A stretch of DNA of 64,000 bases from a bacterium (GTDB lineage: Bacteria > RBG-13-61-14 > DATKZS01): assembly GCA_963674965.2 (NCBI GenBank), contig CAXXFL010000003.1, forward strand, positions 64,001-128,000, in the 5' to 3' direction. The stretch's first letter is position 1, and each line of letters opens with the position of its first letter. The translations under genes were made by a program, and so were the position numbers. Under the pieces are notes generated by a model. It did not search any database and was not told the DNA's origin. It saw nothing but the letters and a program-made list of their open reading frames with translations. Positions 1 to 9,454 of the stretch are shown one piece after another.

Positions 1-1406
1 AAGCGCCTTATAAAAGTCCCGGGGTTCCTGATCATGGACCTCAGGGCGTAGGACAGGAAGGCCCGGGATGCAATCTTCTCCAGCTCTCCGGGCTTGAAGA
101 CCTCGTCGTTATAGGCCGACCTCGTATAGGTAAGGTTTTCGAAGTCGAAGTCGGGCCTTAGCATGTTCCTTTCCGAGGCGACGGCGTAAAGCTCGGTCCC
201 CGGCAGGGGATTGGCGACGAAGAAATAGGCCATGTCCGTCTTGACCCGGTTGGCGAAGTTTATCGTCTCCTGAATTTGTTCCCTCGTCTCGCCGGGAAAA
301 CCCAGGATATAAAAAGCGTCCGTCCTTATCTTCCGGCCCTTGACGTACTCCGCAATCCGGGCCGCCTTCTCCAGGTTGTTGGGCTTCTTCACGATCCGGG
401 ACAAGACCTCCTGGCATCCGCTCTCGAAGGCCAGGGTCATCTCGTAGCAGCCGGCCTCGACCATAAGGTCAACCATCTCCTCGTCCAGGGTCCAGAGGGC
501 CACGCCGTTGGGGAAGTTGAACTTGATCTTGTAGCCCCGCTCCACGATCCCCCTGAAGATGGCCTTGGCCCGCTCCCGGTTGGCCGTCACGTTGTCGTCC
601 TCGAACTGGATTTCCTCGACGCCCCACCGCCCGATCAGCTCTCCAATTTCATTAAGCACGTTTTCCGGCGACCTGAAGCGGTATCTATTGCCCCAGAACC
701 TGGTGGACGAGCAATAAACGCAATGGGCCGGGCATCCTCGCGAGGTAATCATGGCGGCGAGGTCCTTGGATGAAGAGGTCAGGCTATGGGGCACTCCCTT
801 TTTTTGGTAAAGGTCCATGCGCATGAGGTCTCTCGCGGGGAAGGGAATCTCGTCCAGATTCTCTATCCACCTGGTTTTGGGGTTTATCACGACCCTGCCT
901 TTTTCCTTGAAGGCCAGGCCGTCAACGCCCTTCAAGCTTTTCTCCTCACGAAGGGCCCGGACCACCTCGACGAAAGTTTCCTCTCCCTCGCCCAGGCAGA
1001 CGGCGTCAAGGCCCGGGTCGGAAAGGCAGCGCTCGGCCATGAAGTTGGGATAGGTCCCGCCCACGATGGTGAAAATATCCGGGTCGATGGACTTGATCTC
1101 GCGGCAAACCTCCCGGATCACGGGAAAGACCGAGCTGAAAAGACAGGTCATGCCCACGATGCTTGGCTGGTAGCTCTCGATGGTTTCCCTGATTTCCGAA
1201 AGGGGGGAGCCGTACCAGGTGAAGCCTCCCGGCAGCTCGCGCTCGTGGTCGCTTTCGACCACGGCGTCCATGATCCGAACGTCTATCTCCTCGCGCGCGC
1301 ACGCGGCCACGTATCCGATCCCTAGGGGAACGGACGCCTCCTTCATGGTCTCCCGGCAGAGTCTCACCGGGGGAAAGAGTAACAGGGACCTGGAAAAATC
1401 CTTCAA
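1..1406 (-). CDS. B12-binding-domain radical SAM protein (3' end runs off the window)
   Basis: Not in the ORF track because it has no stop in the window. My minus-strand translation from TTG at 1406 (GGGAG SD upstream) gives MKDFSRSLLLFPP..PLGIGYVAA..IVGGTYPNF..GEGEETF (cobalamin-binding domain), then ITSRGCPAHCVYC (CxxxCxxC), FEDDN, AFESG and ILGFPGET. Confidence 0.9.
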   Translation of the reverse strand, partial: MKDFSRSLLLFPPVRLCRETMKEASVPLGIGYVAACAREEIDVRIMDAVVESDHERELPGGFTWYGSPLSEIRETIESYQPSIVGMTCLFSSVFPVIREVCREIKSIDPDIFTIVGGTYPNFMAERCLSDPGLDAVCLGEGEETFVEVVRALREEKSLKGVDGLAFKEKGRVVINPKTRWIENLDEIPFPARDLMRMDLYQKKGVPHSLTSSSKDLAAMITSRGCPAHCVYCSSTRFWGNRYRFRSPENVLNEIGELIGRWGVEEIQFEDDNVTANRERAKAIFRGIVERGYKIKFNFPNGVALWTLDEEMVDLMVEAGCYEMTLAFESGCQEVLSRIVKKPNNLEKAARIAEYVKGRKIRTDAFYILGFPGETREQIQETINFANRVKTDMAYFFVANPLPGTELYAVASERNMLRPDFDFENLTYTRSAYNDEVFKPGELEKIASRAFLSYALRSMIRNPGTFIRR

Positions 1407-1463
1407 GCGAACTCCCTTGCGTCGCGATTACGAGTCTTCAATATAGCCCAGTTGCGCGGCGCG

Positions 1464-1498
1464 AAAAAATAAGCGGCCCGGTACCATGGCCGGGCCGC
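1464..1498 (-). terminator. Intrinsic terminator after the RDD gene
   Basis: 9-bp inverted repeat gcggcccgg (1473-1481) / ccgggccgc (1490-1498), followed by TTATTTTTT on the minus strand. Confidence 0.75.
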
Positions 1499-1517
1499 GG
1501 GAATTAAAAAGCGAGAT

Positions 1518-3377
1518 TCAGGCTTTGATCACCTTGAGTCCGGAGATTTTATCGGCGGGGTCCTCGGCAATAATTAGTGAGGGCAACAGCCCCAAGCCCA
1601 GCGGCGCGGTCCGGGCCAAAAAGAGGGCGGTACGAATAAGGGCCCCGGTGGGTCCCGGTCTTTGTCCCTCCATCCCCACCATGCGCAGGCCGAAGATCAT
1701 CATGCCGGGGGTCCCGCCCGAGACGGTCCCGAACACTCCCCCGTAGATCATGGCGAAGAAGAAGGTCATCACCGCCACGGGCGCGGCCGCGGCCCAGGCT
1801 GAGGCCCCCGGGTCCTTGGTCCCGACCAGGGCCCATCCCACGCCCAGAAGCATGAGTCCCAGGGCCGTCCATACGGCCAGGTCGAAGGCCCCGGCGCCGG
1901 CCCTTCTCAGGAGAAGCTCGCGGCGCGGTTTCGAGTCCGAGGGTTTCCTGGCCCTGAGGGTCCGAACGCCTCTGGGGTCCTGGCCGCCGGACTTCTCGTC
2001 AATGGTCACGCCGCTCAGGGAGTCGTCGAAGGGAAGAGGAATGACCTCGGGTTTCTCCCGGCCGGGCTTTGGGTTCCTCTCGATCTCGATCAGGGACCTT
2101 TCGTCCGCCGGCTCCATCTCGACCGATTCCTTGCTCGCCATGGCGCCCGGCTCGGGCTTGAAAAAGTCGTCGAGCCTTTCGGATGGGGCCGGCATTTGAT
2201 TCTCGACTTCATCCTGGCCGCCGAAAATCTCATCCGCCCTCGTGGCCATGGACTCAAAGGCGTCGCCCGAGATGGACAGCTGGGACGCGGACCGGGCGGC
2301 GGCCTCCCCGAGAAGCGCGTTTTGAAATGCCTCGTTAAGCTCGGCCGTGTCGGACCCGGGGTTTCCCGGTATCTCGGGCTCGGCCATGAAGTCCTCGAGG
2401 GGGGCGGACGGCTCGGGCGCGGTCGTCGAGGCCTCCACCCCCATGGCCAGTTCCTCGTTGTTCTTAAGGGCCTTTTCCACCTCCTCTATCTTGAGGGCGA
2501 TCGAGGAGGGGCTGTCCACTCCGGTGGTGGAAGAGTCGGCCGCGCTCGAGAGCAGAAGCTCGTCGGCCTCGGCGTAGATGTCCGGCCCGAGGGACAGGGA
2601 GTCGGATTTCGCCTCCGGCGGGAATTCCGAAAGCTCGGAGGCGCTCGCCTCGCCGACGTCAGCGAGCGAGGTCTCGCCGGCCTCGACAAGGGAGTCGGTG
2701 AGAGAGGCCGAGCCTGAGGACTCGGAGCGCGCGAGGTCCTTTGCGCCGGCCGCCGACGTTTTCAGTCTTTTGATGGTTTCGCTGATGTCCTCGGCGGCCT
2801 TGCGGAGGTCGGCGTCGGGGTCCCTTGCCCCGAGTGGAGGCTCGGGAGGGGGGGGCGGCTGGACGAGCTCATCCTTCGCGGGCATGTACTTATTCGGCGC
2901 GGCGGCCCTTATCGGCCCGTGCTCGGGGTTAAAGGAACTCTCGCCGATGACGGCGCCCATTTCCTCGATGGTCATCTCGGAGGGAAGGGGCAAAAGCTCG
3001 GCCGAGTCCTCGTCTTCCCCGCCGGCGAGGATGGGGTCGAGCAGGTCGGACACGTCGTCCATTGATTCATCCTCGAGGTCGGCCTCGGTAAGGGACGACT
3101 CGCCGAGGGCCTGGAGGTCGAGGTCGCTCGCCATGGAAAAGTCGGAGCATTCCTCGGCGACCACGGTCTCGAGGGAAGACTCTTCCCCTCGGGCGGCCGG
3201 CTCGGCGGATTCCTTTTCAACGTTCACAGATAAGGAACCATCGAGTTGGGACGGGCTTTCCAGGCTTTGATCGGTGGTGGTGACGGGCTGGTCGCCGGCC
3301 GCCTCGATGGGCATCTGGCACCTGGCGCAGCGGGGTTGTTTTTGTGAATGGTTGAATCCGCAGTACGGGCATTCCAT
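1518..3377 (-). CDS. Zinc-ribbon, long acidic disordered linker, C-terminal RDD-family membrane domain
   Basis: ATG at 3377 with AAGGAGG SD. N-terminal CPYC..CARC, about 440 aa rich in E/D/S/A/P, C-terminal RRAGAGAFD, TM helices and GGTPGMMIFGLRMV (RDD signature G.T.G....GLRV). Confidence 0.8.
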   Translation of the reverse strand: MECPYCGFNHSQKQPRCARCQMPIEAAGDQPVTTTDQSLESPSQLDGSLSVNVEKESAEPAARGEESSLETVVAEECSDFSMASDLDLQALGESSLTEADLEDESMDDVSDLLDPILAGGEDEDSAELLPLPSEMTIEEMGAVIGESSFNPEHGPIRAAAPNKYMPAKDELVQPPPPPEPPLGARDPDADLRKAAEDISETIKRLKTSAAGAKDLARSESSGSASLTDSLVEAGETSLADVGEASASELSEFPPEAKSDSLSLGPDIYAEADELLLSSAADSSTTGVDSPSSIALKIEEVEKALKNNEELAMGVEASTTAPEPSAPLEDFMAEPEIPGNPGSDTAELNEAFQNALLGEAAARSASQLSISGDAFESMATRADEIFGGQDEVENQMPAPSERLDDFFKPEPGAMASKESVEMEPADERSLIEIERNPKPGREKPEVIPLPFDDSLSGVTIDEKSGGQDPRGVRTLRARKPSDSKPRRELLLRRAGAGAFDLAVWTALGLMLLGVGWALVGTKDPGASAWAAAAPVAVMTFFFAMIYGGVFGTVSGGTPGMMIFGLRMVGMEGQRPGPTGALIRTALFLARTAPLGLGLLPSLIIAEDPADKISGLKVIKA

Positions 3378-3486
3378 GATCGCTTCCTCCTTGTCAACGA
3401 GAGCTTTATTCGCGTGAGCTCGATCGATAATCACGTCGCGGGGATTTGACTCCCCTTGCCCGGACGTTTTTATACCAATTTAGATC

Positions 3487-3495
3487 ATTATATCA
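3487..3495 (-). promoter_or_regulatory. Extended -10 promoter (TGaTATAAT) for the RDD gene
   Basis: Minus strand TGATATAAT overlaps the stop of the upstream TPR gene. Confidence 0.45.
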
Positions 3496-4206
3496 CAGTT
3501 TCTTTTTTCGCGCGAGCCTTAAATACATTTTCGCCCTTCTGTTTTCGGGGACCATCTCGAGCACCTCTTTCCATTCCTTTTCGGCCTCCTCCTCCTTGCC
3601 GGTGGAATAAAGGAACATGCCCAGGTTGATCCTGGCCCCGACGTAGTCCGGCCGTTTTTCCTTTACTTCATTCAGCTCGGCGATGGCCTCGTTTTGCTTG
3701 CCCGCGTCGAAGAGGGCCTTGGCCATCCTCTCCCTAACGTCCGGGAAGTCGGGCCGCAGGTCGAGGGCCCTCTGGTACTCGTCGATGGCCGGACCGTAAA
3801 GGGCCATGCCGGCGTAAATGTCCGCTATGTCGGCGTGCATGTTGGCCAGTTTTCCCCTGGCGAAGGGGTCGGGTATGCGCTGGTCGCCCTCCCCGGGCTC
3901 GGCGTTCCTGAGCCTTTCTTGCAATTCCTCGGCCTTGTTGTAGTCGCCCATGTCGGCGTAGGTCACGGCCAGGTTCAAAATGGCCGAGGCGTATCGGGGA
4001 TTGATGGCGACCGCCTTCTCGAAGGTGGCGGCGGCCTTCATCATCTCGCCCTGGTGGTAGTACATCTGGCCCATCATGTTCCAGACGTCGGCGAACCCGT
4101 CCACTTCCCGGACGAACTCGAGAAAGCGATTTAAGGACTCCTCATAGTCCTTTCTCTCGAAGGCCTCCTTGCCGGCCTGATAAAGCCACCGCACCGATTC
4201 GTCCAT
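3493..4206 (-). CDS. Tetratricopeptide-repeat protein
   Basis: Repeated TPR patterns (A..F.KA..INP.Y..A..NLA; AIDEYQRAL.LRP.FPD; ARINLG..LY); GGGGAGG SD. Confidence 0.9.
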   Translation of the reverse strand: MDESVRWLYQAGKEAFERKDYEESLNRFLEFVREVDGFADVWNMMGQMYYHQGEMMKAAATFEKAVAINPRYASAILNLAVTYADMGDYNKAEELQERLRNAEPGEGDQRIPDPFARGKLANMHADIADIYAGMALYGPAIDEYQRALDLRPDFPDVRERMAKALFDAGKQNEAIAELNEVKEKRPDYVGARINLGMFLYSTGKEEEAEKEWKEVLEMVPENRRAKMYLRLARKKKL

Positions 4207-4264
4207 TTTCTGGCCTCCCCTTTCCGGGCCCCGGCCGGCGAAAAAAGAAGATCGCCGGCTTCCC

Positions 4265-5065
4265 CTAAAGCCCCTTGGTGAATTTCCAGCCGTTCTCCGT
4301 CTTTTCCAGCTCGAATTTTTCCTCGCTGGATATGGTCTGCGGAGACCCCACCTTGTCGGCGTTCATGGTAAACTTCTGTTTGACGGTGGCCGCCTGGCCC
4401 ATGAAGAAAATCCGGCGGTCATAGCTTTTGAACTCGATATTGTCGTAATAGCGGAAAAGTTGAAGTACTTTTTCACGTATCTCCTCGGGTCCTTCCCCCT
4501 CGTGGGAGTAATCGTCGGAAATGAGGGCCATGTAGGCGATGACGTCCTTGTTCACGAGGGCGGCCTCGCGCCTTAAAAGGGTCTGCTCGATAAGCCGCTC
4601 CTCTTCCGCCCTGACGCCGAGTATCTCGAGTATCTCCGAGCCGCTTTCGCAGGACCAACCGTCGCCGCTTCTTTTCAGGTATATGTGCTGTACACCCTCG
4701 AAGCGGCGGGAAGACCCGGAGACGTTGACCTCGATCGAGTACTTCTCGCTGACCAGGGCCTTCTCGCCCTTGATCTGGATATCGCGCTCCCCGAAGGCGG
4801 CCTTGACCGGGTTTGCCTTGGTAAGAATCCTGGTCACGCTGGCCCGGGCCGCGTCGAGGGTGGTGTACTCACAGCGATAATCGGGGGCGAAAAAGGACAT
4901 GTACCCCGCGGGATCGGACGAGGTGAGGGCCTCGGCCCTGGCGTCCAGTATTCTGGCTATTCGTCTTTTCTCGAGCTCGTCGCAGGCGGCGAGGCTGAAA
5001 AGGACGGCCGCTATGGCCAGGACGGCCCCCAAAGCGGCGAGGGGTTTTCTCTTGGGCGCTTGCAT
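4265..5065 (-). CDS. Lipoprotein with two tandem NTF2/SnoaL-like domains
   Basis: Signal peptide with lipobox LAAC; two similar halves (R.EAL...D...YM...(A/S).DY ... L.(R/K)...GW). Confidence 0.7.
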   Translation of the reverse strand: MQAPKRKPLAALGAVLAIAAVLFSLAACDELEKRRIARILDARAEALTSSDPAGYMSFFAPDYRCEYTTLDAARASVTRILTKANPVKAAFGERDIQIKGEKALVSEKYSIEVNVSGSSRRFEGVQHIYLKRSGDGWSCESGSEILEILGVRAEEERLIEQTLLRREAALVNKDVIAYMALISDDYSHEGEGPEEIREKVLQLFRYYDNIEFKSYDRRIFFMGQAATVKQKFTMNADKVGSPQTISSEEKFELEKTENGWKFTKGL

Positions 5066-5080
5066 TTTTTCGTGTCCCGC

Positions 5081-6100
5081 TTATTGTTCCGGCGTGGCCG
5101 GTTCCTCCGGGGGGGAGGCGGTTTTGTTTTTCGACTTGGCGGCGTAGTCTCCGCCTGGAAAAGTCTGGATGATCTTCTCGTAAAGGGGGATGGCCCTCTC
5201 CCTTTTTCCCAGCTCGTCGTAGCAGGAGGCCTCCATGAACATGGCCTCCTCGTCGAAGCCCAGGCCCGGGTAGTCCCGCCACACGCCCCTGTACCTGGCC
5301 GCGGCCGCCCAGTAGTCCCTGTTTCTATAGTAGAACTTTCCCACTATCATCTCGTGTTTGGCCAGCCGGGTCCTGCTTTCATCCAGGGGGCCTTTGGCCT
5401 TGTTCGCGTAGGGGCTATTGGGGAACCTGGCCAGAAGGTCGGAGAAGGCCTCGGCCGCCAGCCTCGTTTCCTCCTGGTCACGATAAGGCTTGAGCATCCT
5501 CTCGTAATGGCAAACGCCGTTTTTATAGATGGCGTAAGGGACTTCCTCCCTGCGGGGATGAAGCTTGATAAACATGTCGTAAAGGACCGCGGCCTCCTCG
5601 AGGTTGTCCAACTCGAACTGGCAGTCGGCCATCCGCAGCTCGGCCTTGGGGGCGAACCTGGAGAAGGGGTATTTATCCACCACGGTCTGGAAAAGCTCGA
5701 GGGCCCTGGTATAGTCCTTTCTCCGGACCCACCAGAAGTTTTTGTAAGCCCAGCCGTTGGGACCGTAGATTTTGCGGATGGACTTGCCGTACCAGGTTTC
5801 CTTGCCCGAGTAATGGCTCTCGGCCAGGGCGAACAGTATCTCGACGGGGGGCGGTTCCTTTTCCTTCTTCTTGAACATCCCCTTGAAGCGTTCCCAGGAC
5901 GTCTCGCCGTAATCTTCGCCGCCTCGCGATTCATCGGGACCCATCGAGGGAATGGCCGAGTAAGGGTCGTCCCGGGAAGGGCGCGAGGGCGCGCCTTTAT
6001 CGTTCTTCGCCGCGCAGGAACATAAAAGTACCAGGGCCGCGGCCATTAGAAGAGCCGGGCCTCGGTAACGAACGAGGCCGGACCGGTTTGGTTTTACCAT
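5081..6100 (-). CDS. bamD: Outer membrane protein assembly factor BamD (YfiO/ComL family lipoprotein)
   Basis: Lipobox LCSC; YPFSRFAPKAELRMAD, FIKLHP..EEVPYAIY, RDQEET, RFPNSPYA, LAKHEMIVGKFY..RDYWAAAARY. ATG overlaps the dksA stop (ATGA). Confidence 0.85.
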   Translation of the reverse strand: MVKPNRSGLVRYRGPALLMAAALVLLCSCAAKNDKGAPSRPSRDDPYSAIPSMGPDESRGGEDYGETSWERFKGMFKKKEKEPPPVEILFALAESHYSGKETWYGKSIRKIYGPNGWAYKNFWWVRRKDYTRALELFQTVVDKYPFSRFAPKAELRMADCQFELDNLEEAAVLYDMFIKLHPRREEVPYAIYKNGVCHYERMLKPYRDQEETRLAAEAFSDLLARFPNSPYANKAKGPLDESRTRLAKHEMIVGKFYYRNRDYWAAAARYRGVWRDYPGLGFDEEAMFMEASCYDELGKRERAIPLYEKIIQTFPGGDYAAKSKNKTASPPEEPATPEQ

Positions 6101-6462
6101 CAGTCTCCCCGCAGTTTCTCTTTCTTTTCCCTGGATATTTTGCAGTCGATGCAAAGGGTGGTAACGGGACGGGCCTCGAGGCGCTTAAGCCCGATCGGCT
6201 CGCCGCAGTCCTCGCATATGCCGAATTCCCCGTCCTCGATTCTCTCCAGGGCGTCCTTAACTTTCAGGATAAGCTTTCTTTCCCTGTCCCTTACCCTGAT
6301 GCCAAAGTTGCGGTCGGATTCGGCGCTCGCCCGGTCGGTAGGATCAGGATAATAGTCGTCGGCGGCGTTGAGGTGCTCCGCCGGGCCTTCCACCTTTTCC
6401 TCCAACTCCTCGAGCTGCTTTAAAAGCAACTTTTTGAAACGATCGAGTTCTCGCTTGTTCAT
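6100..6462 (-). CDS. dksA: RNA polymerase-binding transcription factor DksA
   Basis: Coiled-coil tip PDPTDRAS.ESDR, RDRERKLI.K, and C4 zinc finger CEDCGEPIGLKRLEARPVTTLCIDCK. Confidence 0.95.
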   Translation of the reverse strand: MNKRELDRFKKLLLKQLEELEEKVEGPAEHLNAADDYYPDPTDRASAESDRNFGIRVRDRERKLILKVKDALERIEDGEFGICEDCGEPIGLKRLEARPVTTLCIDCKISREKKEKLRGD

Positions 6463-6507
6463 ACTCAGCCTCCATTCAGGCGGTGGACGCGTTTTCTAAA
6501 TCCCCGT

Positions 6508-6516
6508 ATTATAACA
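6508..6516 (-). promoter_or_regulatory. Extended -10 promoter (TGtTATAAT) upstream of dksA
   Basis: Consensus TGnTATAAT about 45 nt upstream of the dksA start. Confidence 0.6.
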
Positions 6517-6620
6517 CACGACGCTGAAAGCGAAAACAAGCCTTCAAGCGAGGCGCGCGTCCGTTAAATATAATCATTGTTTGCCGCGCCGCCAAGGCCG
6601 GGTACGGCCCGCGGGCGTTT

Positions 6621-8327
6621 TTACATCCTCTCCAGGACCGGCACGCCCAGAAGGCGCATCCCGTTGGCGAGCGCCACTCCCGCGGCGCTTACCAGTCCGA
6701 TCCTTGCCCCTTCTTTTTCTTTGCCCGCTCCTATAACCCTGTGTCTGGTATAAAACAGGTTAAAGGCCTTGGTCAGGTCGAAAAGATAAGTGGTCACGTG
6801 GCTGGGTTCGTTATCCCGCGCGGCCTTTTCCACGGCCGCGGGGAAATCGGCCAGCGCCCTGACCAGGGCCCTGGTTTCCGGTTCACACAGTTGGGAATAA
6901 TCCGGGGAGGAGGGATGCTCGACGCCGGCTTTTCTCAGGATTCCCTTTACGCGGGCGAGGGAATACTGAAGATATGGTCCCGTCTCGCCGTCGAACCGGA
7001 GGGCCTGTTCCCAGTCGAAGCTTACGTCCCGCTCGCGCCGATGCTTTAAGTCGTTGATAATAATGGCCCCTATCCCGACGGACTCGGCCAGGGCCATCTT
7101 CTCGACGCCCTGCTCGAGTTTGCCGGCGGCCAGGTTTTCCTCGATCTTCTCGAGGGCCTTGGCCGCGGCCTCGTCAAGAACGTCCTCCAGCAAAACCACC
7201 TCCCCCTTACGCGTGCTCATGCCGTGCACGTGGCCGAACTTGACGTGTACTATCTTGTCGGCCAGGTCCAGCTTCATCAGTTTCAGGGACTGGACGAACT
7301 GGCGGAAATGCAGTTCCTGGGGCGTTCCCACCACGTAAAGGAGAAGGGAGGGAGAATAAGTCTCCTCCCGGTAAAGGGCCGCCGCTATCTCGCGCGTGGC
7401 GTAAAGGGTGGCCCCGTCCGACTTCTTCAAGATAAAAGGAGGCATGCCGTAATCATCGAGGTCGATCATCTCGGCCCCGTCCTCGGACCGGGACAGGATG
7501 CCCGCCTTTTCGACCCTTTGAAAGGCGCCCTCCATTTTGTCGTTATAAAAGCTCTCGCCCGTGTAATAGTCGAAGCCAACTCCGAGTCTTTCATATATTT
7601 TCTCGAATTTACGAAGACTTAAATCACGGAACATACTCCACAGGTCAAGGGCTTTAGCGTCTTTTTCCTCGAGCCGGACGAACCAGCTTTTAGCCAGTTC
7701 CCTGGCCTGGGGATCGAGTTCGCATTTTTTATTGTAGTCCACGTACAGTTTCAGGCTGTAAGAAATGGGAGACTTCTCCAGTGCCTCCTTGCTGCCGTCC
7801 TCCTCGAAGGCGGCCATGACCATGCCGAACTGGGTGCCCCAATCGCCCAGGTGGTTGATTCCTATGGGCTTATACCCGAGGGCGCCGTATATCTTGTACA
7901 GGGAGGCCCCGATGACGGTAGACCTTAGATGCCCAATATGGAAGGGCTTGGCGATATTGGGGGAGGAAAAATCCACGATCACCGTCTTTCCCGCCCCGAA
8001 GTCCGAGTGGCCGAAGCGTTCTCCTTCTTGGCGTATCGCCTCGAGCACCAGCCTGGCCATGGCCGCGTCGTCCAGCCGGAAGTTAAGATAGGGCCCGGCG
8101 GCCTCGGCCGAGGAAAAGGGAGTTCCCCCCAGATCGACCTTTTCCTTGAGATCGGCCGCTATTTTTTTGGGGTCTTTTCTGAAAGCCTTGGCCAGGGGAA
8201 AACAGCCGACCGCGTAGTCTCCCATCTCGGGCTTGGGCGGGGCCGAGACGAGGGAGGCGAAGGTCTCGGGGGCCAGCCCCGAGGCCTCGGACAAAAGTCG
8301 CTTGATCATTTTCTCGAAACTTTCCAT
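6621..8327 (-). CDS. argS: Arginine--tRNA ligase
   Basis: VDFSSPNIAKPFHIGHLRST (HIGH), NHLGDWGTQFG, KSDGATLYATRE, MSTRKG, GETGPYLQY, C-terminal ERM. Confidence 0.98.
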   Translation of the reverse strand: MESFEKMIKRLLSEASGLAPETFASLVSAPPKPEMGDYAVGCFPLAKAFRKDPKKIAADLKEKVDLGGTPFSSAEAAGPYLNFRLDDAAMARLVLEAIRQEGERFGHSDFGAGKTVIVDFSSPNIAKPFHIGHLRSTVIGASLYKIYGALGYKPIGINHLGDWGTQFGMVMAAFEEDGSKEALEKSPISYSLKLYVDYNKKCELDPQARELAKSWFVRLEEKDAKALDLWSMFRDLSLRKFEKIYERLGVGFDYYTGESFYNDKMEGAFQRVEKAGILSRSEDGAEMIDLDDYGMPPFILKKSDGATLYATREIAAALYREETYSPSLLLYVVGTPQELHFRQFVQSLKLMKLDLADKIVHVKFGHVHGMSTRKGEVVLLEDVLDEAAAKALEKIEENLAAGKLEQGVEKMALAESVGIGAIIINDLKHRRERDVSFDWEQALRFDGETGPYLQYSLARVKGILRKAGVEHPSSPDYSQLCEPETRALVRALADFPAAVEKAARDNEPSHVTTYLFDLTKAFNLFYTRHRVIGAGKEKEGARIGLVSAAGVALANGMRLLGVPVLERM

Positions 8328-8746
8328 GTCGCCCTGGTCCCCCTCCTTGAATGAGACAAGCGATTATGCTAACAGAAGCTCCGGCCTCGGGCAAGGTTTG
8401 GGTGAGGGCGTGTCCTAAAACGCTCAAGCGAGAGGAGCCGCGAGATTTCGACTGATTATAAAATTCATGTCCAAATCCATTTGATCCGGTAATTCCATCC
8501 TCCGCGAGACGACTGCATACATTGGAAAAGCTTGTGACCTGATATTGAGCCCATTAGGCGGACATCCATAGTAAACTGGAAGCCTCGAATAGAGTGAGGG
8601 CAAAAATAAGTCCGCAAGGCTGGACATTTGCTTTTCATTGTTATATATCTAATGAGCAAGGCGGCATGGAACGTCCGGGACGCCATATGGCGCGGGCCTT
8701 TTTCCCTGACCAGCGCGCGTTGTGAACGCTAATATTTCGTGAGTGA

Positions 8747-9451
8747 ATGATGAGCGAGAAAAAAGAAAAGATACTTATCGCGGACGACATGGAGACCTTT
8801 CTCCGCCTGGAGAAGATGTTGCTCGAGCGCTCGGGTTACGAGATCGTCATGGCCAAGAGCGGTGGCGAGGCCATCAAGAAAATCCAGATGGAGAAGCCCA
8901 AGCTCATATTTCTCGACATGATGATGCCGGACATGAACGGGGACGCGGTCTGCCGTTTCGTCAAGACCAACAAGGCGCTCAAGCACATCCCGGTGGTAAT
9001 GGTCACGACCAAGAGCGACCCCGAGTCGCGGGACCGGTGCACCCAGGCCGGATGCGACGATTACATAACCAAGCCCGTCACCCAGCGCGACCTTTTCGAG
9101 AAGATCAAGAAGTTCGCCGGCGTCGAGAGGCGCGAGCACGCCCGGGCCACCCTTCGCGTGACCGCCACCACCACGGGCAAGTCCTTTACCTTCACCGAGT
9201 TCACCAAGGACGTGTCGGTGGGCGGGATTTTCGTCGAGACCGAGACTCCCATCGCCTCGGGCACTCCCCTTGACCTTCAGTTTGCCCTGCCCGACGGCAA
9301 GGAACCCGTCAACGCCAAGGGGACCGTCGTGCACACGGTCACCCCCGAGACCGCCAGGGGCAAGACCCCTGGCATGGGGATCAAGTTTGTCAGCATAAGC
9401 GCCGCCGACGCGGACAGAATAAGAAAATACGTCAACGGCGGCCCCCGCTGA
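8747..9451 (+). CDS. Response regulator: receiver domain plus PilZ domain
   Basis: ILIADD..FLDMMMPDMNG..VT..DYITKP (receiver); PilZ motifs RxxxR (REHAR) and DxSxxG (DVSVGG), GMGIKF. Confidence 0.9.
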   Translation: MMSEKKEKILIADDMETFLRLEKMLLERSGYEIVMAKSGGEAIKKIQMEKPKLIFLDMMMPDMNGDAVCRFVKTNKALKHIPVVMVTTKSDPESRDRCTQAGCDDYITKPVTQRDLFEKIKKFAGVERREHARATLRVTATTTGKSFTFTEFTKDVSVGGIFVETETPIASGTPLDLQFALPDGKEPVNAKGTVVHTVTPETARGKTPGMGIKFVSISAADADRIRKYVNGGPR

Positions 9452-9454
9452 GCC

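Noticed and set aside
109..1446. Several plus-strand and short minus-strand ORFs in the track
   Set aside because: They are shadows of the minus-strand radical SAM gene (1-1406), which the track missed because it lacks a stop in the window
4233..4259. Inverted repeat gccggcga..tcgccggc between the NTF2 and TPR genes as a terminator
   Set aside because: No U-tract follows it on the coding (minus) strand; more likely an mRNA stability/processing hairpin inside the operon
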